A stretch of 16,218 nucleotides of DNA, from positions 1 to 16,218 of the forward strand of contig NZ_PQWO01000046.1 of NCBI RefSeq assembly GCF_003231495.1. The letters run 5' to 3'. Within the stretch, counting starts at the first letter, position 1, and each line of letters starts with the position of its first letter. The position numbers were made by a program, and so were the translations under genes. This document shows positions 1 through 6,428 of the stretch, piece after piece. This DNA comes from Acaryochloris thomasi RCC1774 (GTDB lineage: Bacteria; Cyanobacteriota; Cyanobacteriia; Thermosynechococcales; Thermosynechococcaceae). The notes beneath the pieces are model-generated. The model had not been told where the DNA came from and made no database searches. It was given only the letters and a program-made list of their open reading frames with translations.

Positions 1-6
1 TTAATA

Positions 7-50
7 CCCCACTACCGAACGAACTTTGACGGGCTTGAGCGGTAGTGGGG
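7..50. repeat. Perfect 11-bp inverted repeat CCCCACTACCG / CGGTAGTGGGG with a 22-nt spacer; potential GC-rich stem-loop upstream of the first gene
   Basis: Read directly: 7-17 is the exact reverse complement of 40-50. No T-run follows, so it is not a classic intrinsic terminator. Function unknown. Confidence 0.6.
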
Positions 51-91
51 AGGTCTCCTAAGTATGGAAAACACCACACTGGAGTATTTCT

Positions 92-367
92 ATGATACCT
101 GCACAACATACGACAGGCATTGCCTGTGGCGGTAAGCATCGCTGCTGGCTAGCCGTCTCTATTGGCCTTGCCTTCTTTCTGGCTACCCTATCGAGCGCCA
201 AACCTGCACAGGCTCTGTTCATTAACGGGTCTGAGTCATTTATTGCTCAATCTTTCCCACACGCTCGGGGCTTCTTCCCCTTCGCCGCGAAAGCCTTTGT
301 GGTTTTGAGTCTGACTTCTATCGCGCTTAGCTCCAACGGTTCAGATTCAACAAACGAGAATTCCTAA
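92..367 (+). CDS. Small exported/membrane protein, truncated paralogue of the pilin-like gene at 1323-1745
   Basis: GGAG at 81-84 lies 7 nt before the ATG. It has a long hydrophobic leader ending KPAQA. The following LFINGSESFIAQSFP matches QFLNGGREFFRTSFP of the downstream pilin-like ORF at the equivalent position. One further hydrophobic segment follows. Confidence 0.5.
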   Translation: MIPAQHTTGIACGGKHRCWLAVSIGLAFFLATLSSAKPAQALFINGSESFIAQSFPHARGFFPFAAKAFVVLSLTSIALSSNGSDSTNENS

Positions 368-371
368 GTTC

Positions 372-398
372 GGCTGAGCGCAATGACGCGCTTCAGCC
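372..398 (+). promoter_or_regulatory. Intercistronic stem-loop (GGCTGAGCGC / GCGCTTCAGCC, one bulged T, 6-nt loop) between the first pilin-like gene and the sigma factor gene
   Basis: Complementarity read directly. It sits 5 nt after the stop at 365-367. No downstream U-tract, so it could be an attenuator or mRNA-stability element rather than a strong terminator. Confidence 0.35.
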
Positions 399-420
399 AC
401 GCATTTGTGCAGGATTGCCG

Positions 421-1266
421 ATGATTAAATCCCCACCACTGGAACTAATCCGAGCAGCCCAGGCCAACGATCGGCGGGCCAGGGACAGAGTATTCTCTGC
501 CTCCTACGAATTCGTGTCGATGATCGCTAAGCGGTGGTCAAGTCGATACGCATGGCTTGAATATGACGATTGCCTACAGGCAGGATTTGAAGGAATCCCT
601 GTCGCCATTGAGCGCTTCGACTTTTCAGAAGGCGTTCAATTCTTCACCTATGCCAAATATGCAGTCTCAAACAGTATCCAAAAGCTGAAAAGAGCTGAAG
701 AGAAACAGCATCGAACCTACGAAAAAGCTGTTTCTGCCTACAGCGTTCCAATTGTTGAACCCCTGAGCTGGATTAGTGAGGCCCAATATAATCGCTCTCT
801 CCGCCGTCGCATTTACAGGGCGCTGAAGTCTTTTTCTCGCCTCCTCCGCAAGTGGGTGTTCCTTCGTTTGCTGGGTCGCTCCTATGTCAGTATTGCCGAA
901 CGCTTCAACGTCACGCGGCATCAGGTTGCAACTGAAGTGAAAGCTGCGATGCAAGTCTTGCGGCGGCGGCTGTTTCCAAAAGCCTATCGCTTCAAGCAGT
1001 CTTTGAAAACTTCACTGACACCCGGACAGGTGACTCGCCACAAGCCTGTTCCTGCTGTCAGTCCCACCCCGATTCAAGCGGTATTCAACCGACTGAGAAC
1101 GCTTAGCAGCGGCTTACTTAAGTCTGTGCAAAAGCGGGTTAGTCGAGCAATGCCAGCATTTCGCTTGAACTCGAAAAGGTCTAGCGACCATTCCGTCCAG
1201 CGTGCCAGCAGTCCTGTTGAGGCAGTCTCTGCGCCAGGGTTCGGTAGACCGCCGCCCCCTGGATAG
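421..1266 (+). CDS. Sigma-70 family RNA polymerase sigma factor, ECF-like (regions 2 and 4 only), with a C-terminal basic extension of about 97 aa
   Basis: Region 2 pattern: YEFVSMIAKRW...YDDCLQAGFEGIPVAIERFDFSEGVQFFTYAKYAVSNSIQ. Region 4 HTH: LLGRSYVSIAERFNVTRHQVATEVKAAMQVLRRRL. AGGA at 411-414 lies 6 nt before ATG 421. The ORF track starts at TTG 415, which is also possible. Confidence 0.8.
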   Translation: MIKSPPLELIRAAQANDRRARDRVFSASYEFVSMIAKRWSSRYAWLEYDDCLQAGFEGIPVAIERFDFSEGVQFFTYAKYAVSNSIQKLKRAEEKQHRTYEKAVSAYSVPIVEPLSWISEAQYNRSLRRRIYRALKSFSRLLRKWVFLRLLGRSYVSIAERFNVTRHQVATEVKAAMQVLRRRLFPKAYRFKQSLKTSLTPGQVTRHKPVPAVSPTPIQAVFNRLRTLSSGLLKSVQKRVSRAMPAFRLNSKRSSDHSVQRASSPVEAVSAPGFGRPPPPG

Positions 1267-1322
1267 ACTGCCCATACTTGTGTCCAAAATCCAGTTCTTC
1301 ATTACTAACAAAGGAAAAACCA

Positions 1323-1745
1323 ATGCTTGGTCCTCTGTATATTCCGCATGTGATCTTTTCCGCGATCGTCGTTTGTATCTGGGCCTACCCCCGGATTGCA
1401 AAGCGCTACTCCAAATACACCGCCCGTCTGACAATCGGGGTGATGGGATTCCTGGGTTTCAATATTCTCACCACCCTTCCAGCGCGGGCGCAGTTCCTTA
1501 ACGGTGGCAGAGAGTTCTTCAGGACTTCGTTCCCTGACACCACCGAACTGACGGACCTCCTCTTTAACATCATGCTGGCTGTCTATGTCATCTATATTGC
1601 TGTCTCTGCCTACCGGGTCTTCGGAGCCATGCGTTCAGAAGAAGGGGGAGAGTGGATCGAGATTGCTAAGACCCCTCTCAAGATTATTCTGGCGATCACC
1701 GTCATTGACTCCATGATTGCCTTAGTCGTTGATGGTGCTGGGTAG
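1323..1745 (+). CDS. VirB2/TrbC-like pilin candidate: long leader followed by two hydrophobic helices
   Basis: AAAGGA precedes ATG 1323, so the track start at 1278 is probably an upstream extension. The leader ends LPARA. The predicted mature part has two hydrophobic helices (LLFNIMLAVYVIYIAVSAY and LKIILAITVIDSMIALVV) separated by a charged loop. It lies immediately upstream of the VirB3-like and VirB4 genes. The call rests on architecture and position only. Confidence 0.55.
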   Translation: MLGPLYIPHVIFSAIVVCIWAYPRIAKRYSKYTARLTIGVMGFLGFNILTTLPARAQFLNGGREFFRTSFPDTTELTDLLFNIMLAVYVIYIAVSAYRVFGAMRSEEGGEWIEIAKTPLKIILAITVIDSMIALVVDGAG

Positions 1746-2089
1746 TGGCCAAATACCCTCTCACCGTTAGGAAAGCCCTGGGGAAGAAGGCTTCTCTGGG
1801 GCCAATTCCAGCAGACATGGTGGTGCCGTCCATCATGGGCTTCATCCTGGCATTGATGGCTAGGGGTGCCTTCAACCTCGACTGGCCGGTGGCCGTGATG
1901 CTCTGTGCGATGAGCTTCGTGTTCTACTTCTTCCTAGTCGGTCCCAAAAGCTGGAAGTTCTACAGCCTGTTCATCAAGACCCCGACCCTGATGCGGATTA
2001 TTCCTCGATACTTGAGTCCCAGCAGCTATGAAAGAAACCAAAGCCAGAAGAAAAGTCGCCGGACTAAAGGGAACCGTCGTCGGCGCTGA
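1745..2089 (+). CDS. VirB3/TrbD-like small inner-membrane protein
   Basis: GTG start overlaps the previous stop (TAGTG). It has two hydrophobic segments (VVPSIMGFILALMARGAF and VAVMLCAMSFVFYFFLV). Its size (114 aa) and its position directly upstream of VirB4 fit VirB3. The C-terminal tail is strongly basic. Confidence 0.55.
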   Translation: MAKYPLTVRKALGKKASLGPIPADMVVPSIMGFILALMARGAFNLDWPVAVMLCAMSFVFYFFLVGPKSWKFYSLFIKTPTLMRIIPRYLSPSSYERNQSQKKSRRTKGNRRRR

Positions 2090-4835
2090 AGACTGCCTCA
2101 ACGTCGCTGAGATTGTTGACTACCAGATGGAGGAGCACCAAGTGGGTGCTTACCAACTCCATAAGCGAGACAACATCAAGAATACGGATGTCTATCAACT
2201 GGTGTTTGGCTTTGAGGTGTCAGGCATCCATAGCTTTGCTTCCCCCCAAGACCTAGAAGATGCCACCCATAAGCTTGCTGCTGGCCTCAAGTCTGCCCCT
2301 CAGGGTGAAAGCCTCACCCTGAGGCTAACCACCGAATCGAACTGCGACCGTCGCACCCGCCAGTTGCAGAAGCTCCTTCAACGCGCCGGGTCGCCCGAGA
2401 TTAGGTATCTGCTGCAAAAGGAACTCGAACGACTGCAGCAGATCTCACAGAAGGGCATCCGCCAGCCTAAGACGCTGCGGGCCTACTGCACCTACAGCCC
2501 TTATCAAGCAAAGGCAAAAGATGATTGGTACGACAAAGTATCGGTGCAGCTTATGTCCATCTGGGATAAGTGCACCGACCAAGTTGATATCAAGGCACAG
2601 CAGGCGTTTGCCGACCTCTACGGGGATGCCTACGCCAATGGGTTCCTGGACTGGCTGCTGTACTTCGAGCAGCAGCTAGAGATATCCGTCACGCCCCTGT
2701 CTGCCGATGATCTGTGGGAAGACCTGTGGTATCGCTTTAACCGAGAGGAAGCGCCGGAGCTGCCCCAACGGGTTGTGTATACCCCAGAGGGAATCGAAGA
2801 GATCTACCATTCCCAGGCCCACTTTACCGGCCATCTGTTCAAGGAGAATGTACCTGATTTAGATCCGCGCTGGATTCGCAACAGGGGCCAGTTTACGGGA
2901 GTATTGGTCTTTCAAGAGAAACCCTTTGGATGGGCGACCCCCCAGCAGCAGCTCCAGTACCTGTGGAAGCCGATCACCGCCGATGATTGGCATGACTGCG
3001 AAGTGGTGACTGAGCTGCGGCCTGCCAATCAGAAGCAGGCGCTGCAGGGGGCAACCGACCTCGCCAAAGGAGCCAATCGTCAGGCCAATAACGCCGATAA
3101 CAAGAAGAAGATTAATCGTCTGGCCGAAAAGAGCAAAGAAGCGGCCATTGGAACCACCGATGCCCTCCTCGATGGTGAGGTGGCTTACTACGTCTCGACG
3201 GTCTTTTTGGTCCATCGCAAAACCCCGCGCCAGCTTGATATGGCTTGCGACAAGCTCTCGAAGATGTTCCGCTCACCGGCAGCGGTCGAGCGCGAGGAGC
3301 AGATTGCATGGCGGCTGTGGCTCGATACGTTTCCGGTGGTGATGCGAAAGATGCTGGCCCAGGTGCCCACCGACCGCCGCAGCATGTACTTCAGTAGTGA
3401 GGTGCCCGGTCTTGCGCCGCTACTCCGTACTCGCACCCCGGCCTTGAGCGGGTATGAATTCATCGCTGAGTGTGGCACACCTGTCTGTGTGGACCTGTAT
3501 AAGCAGCATCAGCATATGGGCTTCTTTGCGACCCAGCGTGGGGGCAAGTCTGTTACTATCGGTGGCATTTTGAGCCACGGGTTAGCTAATGATATTCCCA
3601 CCGTCATTTTGGACTACCCCAAAGGCAATGGTTCGAGTACCTATAAGTATTACAGCGCCTTCTTGCCGGACGCAGAGTACTTTGATATTGCCGAAGAATC
3701 AAACAACATCTTTGAAGCTCCTGATTGGCGACATCTCACCGTAAAGGAACAGAAGCAGCGCTTTAACAGCTTTCGAGAGTTCCTGGAAGGTGCGCTGCTG
3801 CTGCTGGTTAACAGCGGTAGTCAGGATGAGAAGCTGACGATGACGCTGCGAACGATCTTTGGCATCGCGCTCAGGGAGTTTTTCTCTGATCCTGGCATTC
3901 AGGCTCGATACCAGAAGGCGATGGATGGCGGGTTTGGCTCTGAAGATTGGAAGGAGACACCCACTCTACGAGACTTCAAGGCATTTTGCTCTAAGGCACG
4001 ACTGCCTGATATCAAGGGCAATACAGAAGACAACGATAAAGCGCTGGGTCTGATCAATCAGCGGCTAGAGTACTGGCTCCATAGCTCAGTGGGTAAGGCT
4101 ATCAGCCAGCCATCGAGCTTCCCCACCGATGCCAAGATGATCGTTTTTGCCCTGCGAAACTTGGGCACAGAAGAAGATGCTGCAGTACTGGCGCTGTCTG
4201 CCTACGCTGCTGCCCTGCGTCGGTCTTTAGAGCATGACAAGAGCATCTTCTTTATTGACGAAAGCCCGATTCTGTTTAAGTTTGATGCGATTGCGCGGCT
4301 GATTGCGACCCTAACGGCCAACGGTGGTAAGTCTGGCATTCGGGTGCTGTTGTCGGCTCAGGATGTCGATAGCATCGGTGAGAGTCCAGTCGGCTCTCAA
4401 ATCCTGCAGAACTTAACGATGGTGTTAATTGGGTTTATCAAGCCGAGTGCGGTGGCTTCCTTCGTTAAGTACTTGGGCTACCCAGAAGCGCTGATTCGAG
4501 AGAATACAAAATTCAAGCTCAATGCCAGTGACCTGTACTCTCGTTGGCTGATTATCGACGATGCGGCAAAGACGAAAGTGCGTCACTATGACACACCGGA
4601 GCGATTGGCCCTGCTAGCCAACAACCCCGATGAAGAGCGCAAGCGTGATGAGGTCTTTGCCGCTGTATCGGACAAGTACGAAGCCCTAGAGCAGTTCACA
4701 GCGCTGCTGTGGGAGTCCATCAAAACGGGCCAGAAGTTCTACGAGGATGAAGAAGAAGTGAAGCCTGAGGTACTGCCACAGGTCGAGAAACGGCCTCTGT
4801 TGTTGGCGGGTAACTTTACTGATGATGCGGCTTAA
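2028..4835 (+). CDS. virB4: VirB4/TrbE-family type IV secretion ATPase
   Basis: 935 aa. Walker A variant ATQRGGKS at 3528-3551. Walker B hhhhDE (SIFFIDES, with DE at 4257-4262). Size and position after the pilin-like and VirB3-like genes fit. The start is uncertain: ATG 2028 overlaps the upstream gene by 62 nt, and the next in-frame ATG is 2127. Confidence 0.9.
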   Translation: MKETKARRKVAGLKGTVVGAEDCLNVAEIVDYQMEEHQVGAYQLHKRDNIKNTDVYQLVFGFEVSGIHSFASPQDLEDATHKLAAGLKSAPQGESLTLRLTTESNCDRRTRQLQKLLQRAGSPEIRYLLQKELERLQQISQKGIRQPKTLRAYCTYSPYQAKAKDDWYDKVSVQLMSIWDKCTDQVDIKAQQAFADLYGDAYANGFLDWLLYFEQQLEISVTPLSADDLWEDLWYRFNREEAPELPQRVVYTPEGIEEIYHSQAHFTGHLFKENVPDLDPRWIRNRGQFTGVLVFQEKPFGWATPQQQLQYLWKPITADDWHDCEVVTELRPANQKQALQGATDLAKGANRQANNADNKKKINRLAEKSKEAAIGTTDALLDGEVAYYVSTVFLVHRKTPRQLDMACDKLSKMFRSPAAVEREEQIAWRLWLDTFPVVMRKMLAQVPTDRRSMYFSSEVPGLAPLLRTRTPALSGYEFIAECGTPVCVDLYKQHQHMGFFATQRGGKSVTIGGILSHGLANDIPTVILDYPKGNGSSTYKYYSAFLPDAEYFDIAEESNNIFEAPDWRHLTVKEQKQRFNSFREFLEGALLLLVNSGSQDEKLTMTLRTIFGIALREFFSDPGIQARYQKAMDGGFGSEDWKETPTLRDFKAFCSKARLPDIKGNTEDNDKALGLINQRLEYWLHSSVGKAISQPSSFPTDAKMIVFALRNLGTEEDAAVLALSAYAAALRRSLEHDKSIFFIDESPILFKFDAIARLIATLTANGGKSGIRVLLSAQDVDSIGESPVGSQILQNLTMVLIGFIKPSAVASFVKYLGYPEALIRENTKFKLNASDLYSRWLIIDDAAKTKVRHYDTPERLALLANNPDEERKRDEVFAAVSDKYEALEQFTALLWESIKTGQKFYEDEEEVKPEVLPQVEKRPLLLAGNFTDDAA

Positions 4836-4857
4836 GGGTTCGTAGAAGGGAGCAAGT

Positions 4858-5154
4858 ATGTTTCACATTATCGATCTCATCACCAATGTTTTGCTGCTTA
4901 CTCTGGCAATAGTTGTGCTGCCCTCAGCTTTGATTGGTGGTCTCTCTGCAGTTGATTGGAACCAGCAGAGCAAGCAGAACATTAACGAGCAAGTGGAACG
5001 CGAAGATCCGCAACTGCATCAACCATCTGTCAAGCCATCAACAGAGCCAAGACGGACGTTGAGACCTCTCTTGTCCGCAGCCGACAGACAGGCTTTCCAT
5101 AGCGACCCGCTAGCCCCTTTGATTCCAGACTCAAGCTCCACTTGCAATGAATAA
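4858..5154 (+). CDS. Small membrane-anchored protein (N-terminal TM, proline-rich tail), function unknown
   Basis: GGGAG lies 7 nt upstream of the ATG. The N-terminal hydrophobic helix is IIDLITNVLLLTLAIVVLPSALIGGL, followed by a hydrophilic P/S/Q-rich C-terminus. It lies in the operon between VirB4 and the secreted helical protein. Confidence 0.55.
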   Translation: MFHIIDLITNVLLLTLAIVVLPSALIGGLSAVDWNQQSKQNINEQVEREDPQLHQPSVKPSTEPRRTLRPLLSAADRQAFHSDPLAPLIPDSSSTCNE

Positions 5155-5166
5155 GTGGACGTCCAC
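5155..5166. repeat. Perfect 12-bp palindrome GTGGACGTCCAC, starting immediately after the stop codon at 5152-5154
   Basis: Read directly; the sequence is its own reverse complement. Confidence 0.6.
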
Positions 5167-5173
5167 ATTTACT

Positions 5174-5183
5174 GGAGTACTCC
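5174..5183. promoter_or_regulatory. Perfect 10-bp palindrome GGAGTACTCC that contains the Shine-Dalgarno GGAG and abuts ATG 5184
   Basis: Read directly; self-complementary. It occupies the ribosome-binding region of the 5184 gene. Confidence 0.45.
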
Positions 5184-5975
5184 ATGAAACGAAAACGAAT
5201 ACGAAAACTAGCACTCATTGGTGCGATCGCCATTCCGGTATCGCTGGGTATCGGGCAGAATGCTCAGGCTGCTGATTTTTTCGGCTCAAGACTCGGCGGC
5301 TTTGCCGAAGAAGTTGGCGGCGTAGGCGGTGACCTTTTCCGAGGTGCTTTTACTGCTGTCACTGGGTTTGAAAGTCCTCAGGTGTTTGCCCAAGATATGT
5401 TCTCTGACATCCTCGGTAAGGAGAAGCTAGACATTGCTGCCGCAGGAAATGTCGAGGATTACGTGGGTGAGCTAGGTAGTGTTGACCTGCAAAGCGCTGC
5501 TGAGGACAGTCAGGATAGCCTTCGGGGGCTGATCGAGGATGGTACCGGCATCATGACCAACATGGCATCTAAAGCTCAGGAGCAATCCTTTCAACGTGCT
5601 GCCATTAGCGCCAGTGCTAAGAATACCCTGTCCCAGGAAGCTCAGTCTGCTGCAAAGGCCAGTATCCAAAATACAGGGGATACGAATCAGAAGCAGGCTG
5701 AAGCGCTGACATCTGTGATGGACTTTACCGTGACCCAAGATGTCGCTAAATATCAGGCGGTTCTGGGTCAGACCCAAAACAACATCCTCGGCGATATCAA
5801 GTCAGGTCAGATTACTGCAGCTCAGAAGCAGGCCCAGACTAATCAATTGCTCTCAAATATCGATGGGTCTCTTGAGAAAATAGCAAATCAGGGCAGTAGC
5901 TCTAAAGAAGCTTACAGCCTGCTCAATGCCAGCAAAGGCCGTTTAACCGCCCTGCAGCCAACAGGCGCGAGGTAG
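5184..5975 (+). CDS. Secreted Q/A/S-rich, probably helical protein; positional equivalent of TrbJ/VirB5
   Basis: Signal peptide MKRKRIRKLALIGAIAIPVSLGIGQNAQA followed by ADFF. The 263-aa size fits, the composition is low in hydrophobic residues and rich in Q/A/S, and the gene sits between VirB4 and the VirB6-like gene as trbJ does in Ti-type trb operons. I recognised no family motif. Confidence 0.6.
   Translation: MKRKRIRKLALIGAIAIPVSLGIGQNAQAADFFGSRLGGFAEEVGGVGGDLFRGAFTAVTGFESPQVFAQDMFSDILGKEKLDIAAAGNVEDYVGELGSVDLQSAAEDSQDSLRGLIEDGTGIMTNMASKAQEQSFQRAAISASAKNTLSQEAQSAAKASIQNTGDTNQKQAEALTSVMDFTVTQDVAKYQAVLGQTQNNILGDIKSGQITAAQKQAQTNQLLSNIDGSLEKIANQGSSSKEAYSLLNASKGRLTALQPTGAR
5223..5230. repeat. 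HIP1 octamer GCGATCGC
   Basis: Exact match read directly. Confidence 0.9.
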
Positions 5976-5994
5976 ATTCCTCTGTACCTCTATT

Positions 5995-6016
5995 GCGCCT
6001 CTGTTAACAGGGGCGC
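5995..6016 (+). promoter_or_regulatory. Intercistronic hairpin: 9-bp stem with one G-U pair (GCGCCUCUG / CAGGGGCGC) and UUAA loop
   Basis: Pairing read directly. It lies 20 nt after the stop at 5973-5975 and 8 nt before ATG 6024. No U-tract follows. Confidence 0.4.
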
Positions 6017-6023
6017 TAAGAAT

Positions 6024-6428
6024 ATGTTCAAAAGACCCCAGAAGGCTCCTAAAGGCTCTGCTGCATATCGAGAGCGAGTGACAGAAATGCTGCTTCAGGA
6101 AATGACGCGAGTTGAGCCTGGGTCTCCCGCCTATACCCAGTTGCTCGAACAGTTGACAACACTGTCGAGTGAGGATGAGTTATCCGAAAAAGAGAACGAT
6201 AGAAAGCGAGTTCAAAAGCTACTCAAGTCTCTTCCACAGATTTTTGCAATGCCTTGGTGGTTTCAAGTTGTTTTCATTAGTGTCATTATTTTTGGACTTG
6301 TATTGTTTATTGATGCTGTTGGTTTGTGGTTTGACTTTGATTTGCTTAGGAATGATCCCCCGCCGGTGCAAATCAGGCGGCACGCTACGCACGTTTTTCC
6401 TCCTAGCACAATTCATAGGATTCAGTGA
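6024..6428 (+). CDS. Single-pass membrane protein, function unknown; positional equivalent of trbK
   Basis: Hydrophilic N-terminus, one TM (WWFQVVFISVIIFGLVLFIDAVGLWF). Its stop TGA 6426-6428 is nested in GTGATG, the start region of the next gene, which suggests translational coupling. The GC content drops mid-gene at about 6170. Confidence 0.55.
   Translation: MFKRPQKAPKGSAAYRERVTEMLLQEMTRVEPGSPAYTQLLEQLTTLSSEDELSEKENDRKRVQKLLKSLPQIFAMPWWFQVVFISVIIFGLVLFIDAVGLWFDFDLLRNDPPPVQIRRHATHVFPPSTIHRIQ

Noticed and set aside
17-31. GAACGAAC and TTGACG as a possible ECF-type or sigma-70 -35 element upstream of the first gene
   Set aside because: No matching -10 (CGT-type or TATAAT-like) occurs at 16-18 bp spacing, and the motifs fall in the loop of the 7-50 inverted repeat. 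The call cannot be supported without comparative or TSS data.
1278-1322. Longer start (ATG 1278) for the pilin-like gene, and TTG 415 for the sigma factor
   Set aside because: ATG 1323 is preceded by AAAGGA and ATG 421 by AGGA at appropriate spacing. The upstream extensions add only short Ser-rich or 2-residue peptides. The longer starts are not excluded, only less likely.
667-1501. ORFs 667-954(-), 1114-1434(-) and 1202-1501(+) overlapping the sigma factor tail and the pilin-like gene
   Set aside because: They are alternate-frame shadows of better-supported genes. They have no start context and their composition is R/S-rich and implausible.
2859-3478. Several 64-118 aa ORFs antisense to, or out of frame with, the VirB4 gene (2859-3215, 3112-3309, 3148-3342, 3188-3478; also 3859-4053)
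   Set aside because: They lie entirely inside a gene with strong motif support. Their products are R/P/S/G-rich low-complexity sequences typical of alternate frames in GC-rich coding DNA, and they lack SD sequences.
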